Source: a virus (lineage: Duplodnaviria; Caudoviricetes). Taken from it: a DNA stretch of 64,000 nt. This document shows, in pieces, positions 36,942-47,154 of the stretch (position 1 is its first letter; each line of letters starts with the position of its first letter). The notes under the pieces were generated by a model, which was not told the origin of the DNA, made no database searches, and saw only the letters and a list, made by a program, of their open reading frames with translations. Both the position numbers and the translations under genes were made by a program. The stretch spans positions 67,455 through 131,454 of the IMG/VR virus record IMGVR_UViG_3300034155_000027; one strand, written 5' to 3'.

Positions 36942-38798
36942 TTACATGGGAAAATATCCCAAAATTGCTTGAGCAGATCTTTTTTTAGTGGCAAGATCAT
37001 ATTTCATATTTGAAGGATTATTAATTTTAAATCCTTGAGTTACATCAAACTTCCAAGCTAGATAAGCATTTAATAATGCCATCAATCCATCGTTTGCCAT
37101 ACTTCCTTTAACATACTTTTTTATTGGTTCCCCAGATTTGTCTTTGGTAATTTTAATATCCATACTGGCACAATGTTCAATTAACCATTCTATTTTATCA
37201 TAGCTTTTACTAGGAAATTTTATTCTTCCTTCTTTTAATAAACCTAATACTTCTGAAATATAATAATCTTTTTCAAAAACTATTTCTTTAGGCCATATAT
37301 CATCTGCATATTTAACATGGTTATTTACTCTATGTGAACCTCTAGATGCTAAAAATTTCTCACCATGTATTCTTTGTAAATCATGGGTTAAATCATATGC
37401 GTCTCCAATATCTCCAACTGCCAATGACATATTATAACGACGAAACATTTCTTCTACTGTTTGTATTTTAAATTCACGATCATTACTATTTAATCTTGTC
37501 GCAAATTCTACATTAAATAAAGAACCCTCTACTGTTAAAATTACAACACAGCTGTAAGATTTTCCAGAACCACGACCAGCAATTTGTTCCAGGGCAGATC
37601 TTTGACCCCAGTCGAAACCAGCATAAACTCTTCTATTTTCATTTGGATGAATATATTTAACCATCTTTTTTGCTTCTAAACATTTGGTTTTTATTTCCAA
37701 ACTAGTAATTGTACCACCTTCACCATCAAAAAATTCTCCAAGAACTTCATTCATATAAATACGTTCTGTATTAATTGGATTATTTTCTGGTTTAGCTTTA
37801 TCAATAGTTTCTCTGGTAAAGTTTGGAATATATAATTGATTTATATGATATCCAACAAATGGACAATCATCTGCATCACCACCTGTAATAGGAATCCACT
37901 TTCCACGTTCTTGAGCTTCTAATTTATTTTGTTCATGACCACACTCAGTACACCTAACAGTTAAACCATAAATCCAAACATCTTCCCATCTAATATCTGG
38001 TCTGTATAAAGGAAAATATTTTCCACATTTTTCACAACGAAGATGATAATAATTTTGGGTGGATTTTTGCCACATATTCCAATAATATCCACCTTTAGTT
38101 TTAGGAGTTCCAAAATATACTTGTACCCCAGCACCAATCATACCATAATGAGATTTTGTTAATGTTTGCGTAGCTGTACCAATAGCTACTTCTGTCATAT
38201 CCTGACATTCATCAAAAAAACATAATTCTATACTTCTACCACGAACCCTATCTCCATTTAAACCAGTTGAATCTATCCAAACCTGGTTTCCATTTAGGAA
38301 TTTTTTAAAATGCATACTGTTATTGGCAGGACTACCAATATCATAAAGGTTTTCCATAAATGATTTTGGAAGACCATTTGATTTCATTGTTCCAGGAATA
38401 GACCTAGAAGATCCAATCATAGGATCAAATTTATCTTTAGTATAAGCTGCAGCTAATGCCAAAGTAGGAAAAAGGTGCATCATTTTCATTGGTGGTCTAT
38501 TATTTTTGCCATATATTCCACATCCGGCAAAATAACATTCCATAGCACCAGCCATAATAGTGGCACCTACTTGTCTACCCTTTACTAAAACAATAGGTCT
38601 AGCATCTGGTGAAATTGCTTTTAATCCAATATATCTATAAATATCTGCGAATGGTTTATAACCAGAACCAGCGCCTAATGTTAATGCAGAACCGTCTACA
38701 TTTAGGTTTTTTTCACAGAAATAAATAGGATCTACATTTAATATACCGTCTTTAAATTGTTCAAATAATGTAGAAAAATTAGATTCAACAGCTTTCAT
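36942..38798 (-). CDS. terL: Terminase large subunit (GpA-like, with Zn-binding motif)
   Basis: KGRQVGAT (Walker A), RGRS..LCFFDE (Walker B), FGTP, CEKC/CTEC, GYHINQL, NEVLG, AGFDWG nuclease motif. Confidence 0.92.
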   Translation of the reverse strand: MKAVESNFSTLFEQFKDGILNVDPIYFCEKNLNVDGSALTLGAGSGYKPFADIYRYIGLKAISPDARPIVLVKGRQVGATIMAGAMECYFAGCGIYGKNNRPPMKMMHLFPTLALAAAYTKDKFDPMIGSSRSIPGTMKSNGLPKSFMENLYDIGSPANNSMHFKKFLNGNQVWIDSTGLNGDRVRGRSIELCFFDECQDMTEVAIGTATQTLTKSHYGMIGAGVQVYFGTPKTKGGYYWNMWQKSTQNYYHLRCEKCGKYFPLYRPDIRWEDVWIYGLTVRCTECGHEQNKLEAQERGKWIPITGGDADDCPFVGYHINQLYIPNFTRETIDKAKPENNPINTERIYMNEVLGEFFDGEGGTITSLEIKTKCLEAKKMVKYIHPNENRRVYAGFDWGQRSALEQIAGRGSGKSYSCVVILTVEGSLFNVEFATRLNSNDREFKIQTVEEMFRRYNMSLAVGDIGDAYDLTHDLQRIHGEKFLASRGSHRVNNHVKYADDIWPKEIVFEKDYYISEVLGLLKEGRIKFPSKSYDKIEWLIEHCASMDIKITKDKSGEPIKKYVKGSMANDGLMALLNAYLAWKFDVTQGFKINNPSNMKYDLATKKRSAQAILGYFPM

Positions 38799-38882
38799 TT
38801 TTAAATACTCTTTCAAAAATATGCAAGAATATTGAATGATTTAGCCGTTTTACAAGTTTTAATTATTAAACAAGCTTAAAAA

Positions 38883-39311
38883 TTAAAGAGAAATTGCAAA
38901 ATTAATATTTTCACGTTGAAAAGCTTTAGAAATAACGGTAATAGTAATTCCAAATTGTCTTGGGTCGTTAGCAGATTGAGAAATTCCTATATTAGCAATT
39001 GCGGCAATTTGTTCATCTGGAGTAACAATTTGATTTTGTTTTAATTGTTCTAATTGCATTTGTTGCAATCTATCCAAACTAGCTTTTAATTGTTGTGTTG
39101 CAATACTTTCAACAAATTCTTGTTCATAAGCTTTGCCTATTAAAGCTTGAGATATAGGGTTTCCATATGCTTTAAAAAATGGATTAGAACCCAATGGTGT
39201 ACTGCAAATTTTTAATACATCTTGTATTAATTTATTAGAATCTTCAACGATATCAACATCGCCATTCTTAATAACCAAATCTCCAGATGTAAGTTTTAAA
39301 TCAAATGACAT
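38883..39311 (-). CDS. Baseplate wedge gp25-like protein
   Basis: DLKL..GDLVI..GD....KLIQD...TPLGSNPF..YG pattern; suggests a contractile tail. Confidence 0.7.
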   Translation of the reverse strand: MSFDLKLTSGDLVIKNGDVDIVEDSNKLIQDVLKICSTPLGSNPFFKAYGNPISQALIGKAYEQEFVESIATQQLKASLDRLQQMQLEQLKQNQIVTPDEQIAAIANIGISQSANDPRQFGITITVISKAFQRENINFAISL

Positions 39312-39372
39312 AGTTAAATCCTAAAATTCATTATGTTTTTACCAAAGAAGTTGTTAGCTTTTGATAAAACCT

Positions 39373-41040
39373 TTAGAATGTAGTGTTTTGATCTCTAATA
39401 ATATCACCACCTTCTTCTTCAATTGGTGAACCTAAAGCTCTTTGATATAATCTATCACCATACAAAAGAATGCTTATAATTCTTTGTTCTAATTTTTGAT
39501 AAGCTTCTAACGCATTACCAGACTTACCAGCTCTATTTTTTACCGCTTGCGTTTGTAATTCTTTAATATTATTTAATCTTTTAGCAGCAGGATCATCAAT
39601 TAAATCTAATAATACACTTATATCTATAGACCACATGGCCATATAAATTGCTAAAATATCAATTAAACCTAATCCACTAACCTCTCCAGAAATATATTCA
39701 ATTGTTCTTAAAGCATTACTAGCATCAGTTTCTAACCTATCTCTTTCATTTCTTGCTTCTTGAAGTCTATCATTAAATACATTGGTTAGGTTTTGAAATT
39801 CAGAAATAGTAAAATCACCATATAAAAGATCATCACCAATATCTACTTGAGCTTTTGCTGTAGCTGATTTTGTTTCTAATTGTAAAATTCTTCTTTCAAT
39901 TTCCCAACTATCAAGAAATGTTTTTGGAATTACAAAACCAGTAGAAACCTCTGTTCCTTTTTCCGGTCCACCTTCATTTGATAATGGAATCCAAATAATT
40001 TGTTTATATACTCTTTCTATTATTTCTACATTTTTTATATATAATGAAACTAAACCTTTATATGTTTTTACTAAATCATTTAAAGTATATAGTTCTAATA
40101 AAGATGTTCCTTTTAATACTTGATTAACATCTGCTTCATTTACACCGGCATTTGTTAATGTGGCTGCAATTTCTCTTTGATTTTTATTTGACACATCTAA
40201 TTCAAACATACTTAAATTAATATTATCAACAGCTCCTGATTGTTCAGATTGCATTTGTTGTTTTAATCTAAGTCGTAATATAAATTCTAAACCTGGTCTT
40301 TTTACATATTTGTTTCTTTCAAATTCTGTGTCTTTTTTATCCAAAAACGGAACGCCTACCATTATACTTCCAGATCCTGACTTTGGGTCAAGATTAGCAG
40401 ATATAACAGGATCTGTCATAAATGGGCGTAATTTATGAGAAACGGTATCGAAAGTATTAGTAATTTCGGAACCATCTGTTTTTTTATATCTAGTAGATAT
40501 AAATGTTCTTCTAATAGGTATTTTACTATTTTGTAAATCCACATTAGTAAGAGCATCAATATTTTCATCCATAGACATAAATGGTCTTTGGCCTTTAGGA
40601 GTGGCTAAGGCCAAACTATAAACGGATGAATTAGTATTAATAACGGAGAAGAAATTATATCTAGCTCTTGAATCAGACTCTCTAGAATCTATGGCAAATT
40701 TTACATTTGTTGGTATTTGTTTATTTATATCTTCTTGAGATTGTAGGTCGGTAGAAGACTTTAAAGGATTAAAACCAGGATTAAAAAATTTACCAGTAGG
40801 AGTAATTGAAGGTAGGCCTAACATTCTATAAAAGGCATGAGCTCTACTTTCTTGTAAATTAGAAGAGGAAGATAGGTGAGATTGATTTAATTCACCAGAA
40901 ACATTTGGTGAATTATGGCTACGTAAACGATCAATAGGTATAACAAACTTAGAAATTAAAGTATTAATATCCAAATCTATACTTTGATAATCATCAAGTA
41001 CGCTTTCTGCCCTTTGTTCTCCTGTTAATTGTTTTACCAA
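39373..41040 (-). CDS. Hypothetical (probably structural) protein
   Basis: 555-aa ORF with a coiled-coil segment; start uncertain. Confidence 0.7.
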   Translation of the reverse strand: MVKQLTGEQRAESVLDDYQSIDLDINTLISKFVIPIDRLRSHNSPNVSGELNQSHLSSSSNLQESRAHAFYRMLGLPSITPTGKFFNPGFNPLKSSTDLQSQEDINKQIPTNVKFAIDSRESDSRARYNFFSVINTNSSVYSLALATPKGQRPFMSMDENIDALTNVDLQNSKIPIRRTFISTRYKKTDGSEITNTFDTVSHKLRPFMTDPVISANLDPKSGSGSIMVGVPFLDKKDTEFERNKYVKRPGLEFILRLRLKQQMQSEQSGAVDNINLSMFELDVSNKNQREIAATLTNAGVNEADVNQVLKGTSLLELYTLNDLVKTYKGLVSLYIKNVEIIERVYKQIIWIPLSNEGGPEKGTEVSTGFVIPKTFLDSWEIERRILQLETKSATAKAQVDIGDDLLYGDFTISEFQNLTNVFNDRLQEARNERDRLETDASNALRTIEYISGEVSGLGLIDILAIYMAMWSIDISVLLDLIDDPAAKRLNNIKELQTQAVKNRAGKSGNALEAYQKLEQRIISILLYGDRLYQRALGSPIEEEGGDIIRDQNTTF

Positions 41041-41077
41041 TGGTTTATCTTCCTTATTATGTTTTTACCAAAGAAAT

Positions 41078-42178
41078 TTAATAACTTCCTTTATTTGGAG
41101 AAAGGAGAGAGAAAGGATCGTCTGAATTTTTAGATCCTGAAAATTCTTGTTGAATTCCCACGCCACGACCTAATTGCATTGGTGTAGCTTCTGTGGAATG
41201 TCGTTTTTCAATTAATATTTTATTAATCCACGACATTAATTCCCTATCAGAAAAGATTTGTTGATTAATCCCATCTCTTCCAAAGGTTTCTACAATAGAG
41301 TGCAATACAGCGGGTACTTGAATACCATAATTAGTATCAATTATATTAATAATATAACTCTTTATTGCTGGAAAGTTTTTTAATATTTCTGGAACATCAT
41401 CTTCAGTTGATTGTCCCTCAGCAACTAGGCTTTTTTTTTTATCATCCCATCGGACATCATCTATATCTTCTTCTTTATCATCCTCTTCAGAATCTTCTTC
41501 ATCAGAAGATACTTCTAAAACAATGATTTTCGGCTGTTCAGTAGACAATTGGTTTATATAATTAAATAATTTATCAATATCAAAATTACCATCTTCATCA
41601 TCAGAATTATCTTCTTCTTTTGAAGTATCTCCTAAATATTCTAAAACAGACTCAAGATCAGTAGATGTATTGTCTTTTTTATTATTATGCGAATACCAAC
41701 GACCAATAAGATATGATTCTAAATCCGTTCCTTCTAAATTGTTTTTTTTCATAACTTTATCATTATCTTCATCAATACAAATTTCCTCATCTTCATCTTT
41801 AATATCTTCGTCTTCATCATCATCTTTGGCAGAGGCTTCAGTAATAATATTTTGAGCAATTAAAGATAATGTAGATTTATTTTTTTGTAAATAATCTGTT
41901 AAACCTGTACGTTTTTGATAATCTTTTACAGCTTCTTCAACAGAACTATATTTTGGTTTTTGTTTACTTACAATTGCACTCATCATTTCATATACAGATG
42001 GCTGTCTTTCTCGCATTACTTCAACTGCAGTTTTTGAAGCTGTTTTAATTTGATATGGTTGAACAATTATTTCTTGTAGAGCTGCTTGTTCAGCAAATTG
42101 TGATAACCAATTTGGACAACTGCTAGACTCGCGACTAATTTCATCAGTTCTGTAAAAAATACCATCAGTTTGTCTCAT
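41078..42178 (-). CDS. Acidic hypothetical head-module protein
   Basis: AAGGA RBS before MRQTD; D/E-rich tracts; IKTASKTA. Confidence 0.7.
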   Translation of the reverse strand: MRQTDGIFYRTDEISRESSSCPNWLSQFAEQAALQEIIVQPYQIKTASKTAVEVMRERQPSVYEMMSAIVSKQKPKYSSVEEAVKDYQKRTGLTDYLQKNKSTLSLIAQNIITEASAKDDDEDEDIKDEDEEICIDEDNDKVMKKNNLEGTDLESYLIGRWYSHNNKKDNTSTDLESVLEYLGDTSKEEDNSDDEDGNFDIDKLFNYINQLSTEQPKIIVLEVSSDEEDSEEDDKEEDIDDVRWDDKKKSLVAEGQSTEDDVPEILKNFPAIKSYIINIIDTNYGIQVPAVLHSIVETFGRDGINQQIFSDRELMSWINKILIEKRHSTEATPMQLGRGVGIQQEFSGSKNSDDPFSLLSPNKGSY

Positions 42179-42189
42179 ATTTTCCTTGT

Positions 42190-43053
42190 TTAGCCACGAA
42201 GTTGTGAAGACCAATCAAAATTATCAGTTTTTCTAATATCAACATGTGTTCCAACTGGATATCCACGATCTTGTTGAATTGCAAAACCCATATCCGCTAA
42301 TAATTGAGAAAGCTCTGCTTGTTCCCTATTTGTTAAATCATATTCTTTTACTTGCGCATCAAATGTATCTTCTAATGAATGACCCGCCGATACAACACTA
42401 TTAATACATACTCTGGCTATTCTAGAAATTAACAACGGTACTGTAATTGTAATTCCATTAATACGCGTTGATTTTTGACCTTCTTTAATCATTCCAGTTG
42501 TAACTTCCCAGCTTTTTTTATTATGTCTTTTATATTTTTCAGCTGTTATTTTTTCAAGTCTTTCAAGTAATCTTTCAATTCCTTCTTCAATTTGCTCACG
42601 CGCTCTTTCTGCTTGCGCTGCATCAATTTCATTTTTATAATCAGAACGCATTGCTTTAGTAATTTCTTTATTTAAAGCCTCGAAATAAGCAGTAGCTTTT
42701 TCTAAACCAGTTGTGTCATGTCCTGAATGAGAAGGAACATTATCAAACATTTTCTTTAACCAATTAAGAAATGTAGCATGTGTCCATTTCCAAGAATTAT
42801 CTTCTTCAGGATCTGCATCAACTTCTACTTCTTCATTTTCTGGTTCAACAACTATTTCTTGCGCATTTGGAGCACCAGGAATTTTATCTAAAATAAAAAC
42901 AATTTCATCTGGTTGATCATCTTCAGATACTTCAATAATATCCTCTACTTCAATAGGAGGAAGCTCACTTATTGGAAATGTAAAATTACCAATATCTAAA
43001 TCATTTAAGTCATTAAACTGTGCAATCTTTTCTATCATTGGAGCCTCATTCAC
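42190..43053 (-). CDS. Hypothetical head-module protein
   Basis: IEKIAQ near the N-terminus; acidic. Confidence 0.75.
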   Translation of the reverse strand: MNEAPMIEKIAQFNDLNDLDIGNFTFPISELPPIEVEDIIEVSEDDQPDEIVFILDKIPGAPNAQEIVVEPENEEVEVDADPEEDNSWKWTHATFLNWLKKMFDNVPSHSGHDTTGLEKATAYFEALNKEITKAMRSDYKNEIDAAQAERAREQIEEGIERLLERLEKITAEKYKRHNKKSWEVTTGMIKEGQKSTRINGITITVPLLISRIARVCINSVVSAGHSLEDTFDAQVKEYDLTNREQAELSQLLADMGFAIQQDRGYPVGTHVDIRKTDNFDWSSQLRG

Positions 43054-43118
43054 ATCAATAATTATTCCATATTATTAGTATTTTTACATTTACTAACATT
43101 TTTACCAAAGAATTCTTT

Positions 43119-43619
43119 TTATTTATTAATTTTTTCTGCTAAGACTTTGATCATTTCTTTTCTATCTTCACCTTGCAAACTTAATGTTCCAAAATAACTA
43201 TTTCTAGAAACATTATAATCCGAATAATATCCTGGTGGAGATGTTAATAAACCACCTAACATTCCTCCATTAAATACTTTTCCATAAAACGGCGCAGCCT
43301 GTAACGCTTGTGCTGGTCCTTGTCCAGGTGCCGAGTCTTCATAATTACATTCAACAGCATCGTTTTTCTCTAATAACATTCCAGCATAAGGACATTGTGA
43401 AGGTTTTTCTGGATTTTGTAATATATTCCAAGCTAACAGTTTTGTATTCGCTGCCGATATCATTTCTTTTTCTTCATCAGATGATTGATCTCCCATTATA
43501 TTTAACGGAGCCATCTGATTAGTGTTTTTCCCTGCATATTTACACCCAAATGGAATTGGTAATCCAAATGGACAAGATTCTTCTGTGTTTTTTCTTATTG
43601 ATGCAAATTTACAAGACAT
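43119..43619 (-). CDS. Cys-containing hypothetical protein
   Basis: CPFGLPIP.GC..AG, CPYA, VEC; flanked by two TTACCAAAGAA elements in inverted orientation (43102 and 43660). Confidence 0.7.
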   Translation of the reverse strand: MSCKFASIRKNTEESCPFGLPIPFGCKYAGKNTNQMAPLNIMGDQSSDEEKEMISAANTKLLAWNILQNPEKPSQCPYAGMLLEKNDAVECNYEDSAPGQGPAQALQAAPFYGKVFNGGMLGGLLTSPPGYYSDYNVSRNSYFGTLSLQGEDRKEMIKVLAEKINK

Positions 43620-43678
43620 ATACTTTTTACCGGAAAATGCAGGTTGAAATAATTAAAAATTCTTTGGTAACAATATAA

Positions 43679-44407
43679 TTACTTATTTTCAATAATAATA
43701 TTTGGAATAGCAATTACATTCCATAAATTCATTTCATTTAATAAACTTACCGTTTTACTAAAATCAGCTCTAGCTGCCGCTGCTAGTTTTCTTCTTGAAA
43801 ACCCCTTCGTTACTTCTTTTGCAATTTTTTCATGATGATTATTTACCCAGTTTATAATCGCTGGTTCTACTGTAAATCCTAGTTTAGCTGCTAAATATAT
43901 AACTCTAACAACTCTTTTAGTATCATCTCTTAATGTTATCCTTGGCGGTAATGGTGTTCTTAATATTTTCTTTTTAATATCTTCTAACGCTAAACCTGTA
44001 GGATCTAATAATTTCCGTAAATTCATTGGAATAATTAATGTATTACAGGTAAAATCCCTACTAAATAATTCTCTTTGCATTGGTGTAGGGTTAGATACTC
44101 CAGCTTTATTTAAAAAATATAATACATCAGGAGAATTAAAATTAGATGAAAAATCATATTTTATATTATCAATCATTAATTGATAATGACCATCAGGAAA
44201 TTTTACCGGTGTTGTTTTAAATGTATTAGATGTTAATTCTGCTAATTTATTAACAGATTCATCCCCAGTAGTTAAATCTATATCTTGTACTTTATAAGAA
44301 CGATTTAGTATTTTATCTCTTGGAAGACCGCCTACAATATATGGGTCAGATAATCCATTATCTTTAGCAAGTCTTTTTATTTCTAATAATACATTAACTA
44401 CCGACAT
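43679..44407 (-). CDS. CCA-adding / poly(A) polymerase family nucleotidyltransferase
   Basis: YIVGGLPRD, DIDL, SRDFTCN, LDPTG...D, DDTKRVVR (class II NTase motifs A-E). Confidence 0.88.
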   Translation of the reverse strand: MSVVNVLLEIKRLAKDNGLSDPYIVGGLPRDKILNRSYKVQDIDLTTGDESVNKLAELTSNTFKTTPVKFPDGHYQLMIDNIKYDFSSNFNSPDVLYFLNKAGVSNPTPMQRELFSRDFTCNTLIIPMNLRKLLDPTGLALEDIKKKILRTPLPPRITLRDDTKRVVRVIYLAAKLGFTVEPAIINWVNNHHEKIAKEVTKGFSRRKLAAAARADFSKTVSLLNEMNLWNVIAIPNIIIENK

Positions 44408-44412
44408 TTAAA

Positions 44413-46287
44413 TTACCTTGTGTTTATTTTTGGAGATTTTTCAATTCTTGCAGGTTCTCTTAATGCTGCTGTTTCTTCTACCGGAATTTGTATCGGTACC
44501 TCTGCACCAGGAGATTTAGATGTTGGCTTTCCTTCAGCCTGATCATCTTCTTTTTGTTTTCTTAAATCTTTTCTCTTTTGCTCTTTTTCCTTTTGAGCTT
44601 CTAATCTCTTTCTAATCTCAGATGTTTGAGGATTTTCTTTTTTATTTACTTCTACCCACTCAGATGCCCCAGGCGTATCTACAGATCCTCTTACTTGTGT
44701 TAATATATCTCCTAAACGGCTTCCAATATATTGGTTTGATTCTAATGCCTTAGACATTGCTTCCCCTAATGCCGGGAAGAATGATGCTAAACCAAGTCTA
44801 TCCATCATTATATCTAAAATACCTAATTGTCTCGCTATTTCTCTTTGATTATATACCGAAACTAACATTTCTAATCGATTAATTACATCATCAATTGTAA
44901 CGTTTGATAATGCCGCTTCAATTATATCATCAGTTGAATCATTTGGAATTTCTTCTTTATCTTCTGGTTCAGGTACAAATACGTTTTTTACTTTATTAGG
45001 CACTATTTTTTCAGGAACTTGAGCCACAGGTTTAGGCGGTAATTGTGCTGTTTTTAATATCCAGCTTCCTTTACCTAAAGTAATTTCTGCTTTTTTTCTT
45101 TCTTCAGGAGTATCCATAGGATCACCAGATACGCCCCTAGATAAATTATCAAAAAAATCTTTTAATAAATTATGAGTTGCTTCACTATCACCTTTACCCT
45201 CATCAGTTCCAGGCGTTTCTTCTGGTGTTGCTCCTGGAGCTGCATCTGCTGAAGGCATACCTGCAAAATCATCTAATGGAGATGGTGGTAACTGTGCGAT
45301 TTTATAAAAGAAACCAGCCTGTTTAGTTTTGCCACATGATTGTAAATAATTTGCAGTAAGGAAAATTTGATCTTCAAACAATGAAGATTTTACAGTTCTT
45401 TTATTTGCTACTTGTATTCGTCTTTTTAAATCATGTAATAATTTAATCATTAATTCTTGCTCATCACCAGCAAATAATTGGCCATCCATATTTGATAGTA
45501 ATTTTTCTGCAGAATTTAATCTTCCAATTAATTTATTGCGTTGTTTCTCAATGGTGTCTCTAACATCATTAATATCATGTGGAAGATGTTGTGGTAATCC
45601 AGGAGAGACTTTTGTAACATGTCCCTCGCCACTAGGAATGGGATTTGGAATTTTCCCAGAAGAAGGTAGAGAAGTACGTAAAGCACTTATTGGAAGACTT
45701 CCGAAAAACCCAGCATCAGCAGTTGCTAATTTTGGATATTTATCAGGTACTTTTTCATTATAAAATTTTAACCAATTATTATAGTCCATTTGTTCACTTG
45801 GTTCCCAGTTGCCAAGAACAGTTTGTTTAGCCTGGTCTTGTTGATATCCTTTATTCATTAATTCATATATTTTACGTGTGGCTGACACCCATCTCCCAAT
45901 ATCATATTGCGGAAGTTGAATTGGCCAATTTGATTGAGGATATGCTAATTTAGGTATAAGAGTTTCTGGTATCATCTTCTTTAATGCGAGATCAATAGCT
46001 TCTATTAATTGTAAAAATGTTCCAATAGGATTTATATCTCTATTTCTAAATATTTCCCTTGATAATATTTGTGCAGTTTGATTGTTTATTTTTTTATCCC
46101 ACATGGATAATATTATTTGTGGTACTAAATTTCTTACCAAGAAAAATTTTCTTTGATCTTCTTCATTTTTTATATCAAGATCAGACATGTTTTCAAAATC
46201 AGATAATATATCTTTTTTAATATTTTCTGGCAATAATTCACAATTATTTGAATCAAATTGCTTTTGGAAATATGTATTAAATTTCAT
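44413..46287 (-). CDS. Large hypothetical head-module protein
   Basis: Several K-x-A motifs (PKLAY, PKLAT, YKIAQ, LKTAQ). Start moved to MKFN. Confidence 0.75.
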   Translation of the reverse strand: MKFNTYFQKQFDSNNCELLPENIKKDILSDFENMSDLDIKNEEDQRKFFLVRNLVPQIILSMWDKKINNQTAQILSREIFRNRDINPIGTFLQLIEAIDLALKKMIPETLIPKLAYPQSNWPIQLPQYDIGRWVSATRKIYELMNKGYQQDQAKQTVLGNWEPSEQMDYNNWLKFYNEKVPDKYPKLATADAGFFGSLPISALRTSLPSSGKIPNPIPSGEGHVTKVSPGLPQHLPHDINDVRDTIEKQRNKLIGRLNSAEKLLSNMDGQLFAGDEQELMIKLLHDLKRRIQVANKRTVKSSLFEDQIFLTANYLQSCGKTKQAGFFYKIAQLPPSPLDDFAGMPSADAAPGATPEETPGTDEGKGDSEATHNLLKDFFDNLSRGVSGDPMDTPEERKKAEITLGKGSWILKTAQLPPKPVAQVPEKIVPNKVKNVFVPEPEDKEEIPNDSTDDIIEAALSNVTIDDVINRLEMLVSVYNQREIARQLGILDIMMDRLGLASFFPALGEAMSKALESNQYIGSRLGDILTQVRGSVDTPGASEWVEVNKKENPQTSEIRKRLEAQKEKEQKRKDLRKQKEDDQAEGKPTSKSPGAEVPIQIPVEETAALREPARIEKSPKINTR

Positions 46288-47080
46288 TGGGTCCCTCAGT
46301 CTCAATATCATCTGTTAAATCTTCTTCAATAAATTTCTGATCTAATACTGTAACCTCTGCACTTAATTTATCAATCGCTAACCTGTCTCTTTCAAATTGT
46401 TTTTCATTTGAAATTGGTGTTTGATCTAATTTTTTAGGATTAATCTTAGCCATTTCTTCACTTAATAAATCCATGAATATAGAACTATAATCTGGACCTA
46501 ATCTATCTAAAACTCGCTTAATAGCTTCTTGAAATGCTATGGTTTGTTGTTCAACCATTTGAAATGTATATGTATGTTCAATTTTAATATCAGGCTTATC
46601 ATTTCTGATTTTATCACCTTTTTCAATTGCTAACATAAACATTTCAAGATATTTAGTAAAAATATAATCTGTTCTAGTTCCTTCAGGATCGCTTTGAATT
46701 AAATCAAATAATTGTTCAGTTCTAGATTCGATTATAGTTAATAAATGATCTAATTTAGCAAGATAATTTACTTCTTTTTCTACGGTTTCAGATAATCTTT
46801 CTTTCCATGCTCTTGTATCTAATAAAGAATCTGCAATCTTTTTTTCAAGCTTTGTGTCAGCATTGTTTTGAATAATTTTTTTTACATAACCATGATGATC
46901 TGCATACGTATCTAAAAACTCTTGTAATAAAGTTGCTCCAAGTCTAAGATGAGACTCATCAGGTTTTGTATATTTATCTTTGAGATAACCAGCAACAACT
47001 TTTGGTGTCTCTCCATTTACTAGTTTGGAAATTATTGTAGTTTTTTCTGGATGATCTATTATTTTTGTAAAATCCGACAT
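46277..47080 (-). CDS. Hypothetical helical protein (possible small-terminase-like)
   Basis: AAGGA RBS; N-terminal HTH-like helices and a coiled coil. Function is a guess. Confidence 0.5.
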   Translation of the reverse strand: MSDFTKIIDHPEKTTIISKLVNGETPKVVAGYLKDKYTKPDESHLRLGATLLQEFLDTYADHHGYVKKIIQNNADTKLEKKIADSLLDTRAWKERLSETVEKEVNYLAKLDHLLTIIESRTEQLFDLIQSDPEGTRTDYIFTKYLEMFMLAIEKGDKIRNDKPDIKIEHTYTFQMVEQQTIAFQEAIKRVLDRLGPDYSSIFMDLLSEEMAKINPKKLDQTPISNEKQFERDRLAIDKLSAEVTVLDQKFIEEDLTDDIETEGPNEI

Positions 47081-47100
47081 AATTCCTTACTTTCTGTTTT

Positions 47101-47153
47101 AAAAATAATATAGATTGCTCCCAGAAAAATATTCAAGAGCAATCTATATTTTT
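47101..47153 (-). terminator. Hairpin/terminator after the 1300-aa gene
   Basis: AATATAGATTGCTC ... GAGCAATCTATATT 14-bp arms, T-rich tail on the minus strand. Confidence 0.7.
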
Positions 47154-47154
47154 A

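Noticed and set aside
41431-41440. 10-nt A-run in 41078..42178 as a frameshift site
   Set aside because: The reading frame continues uninterrupted through it and there is no evidence for an alternative product.
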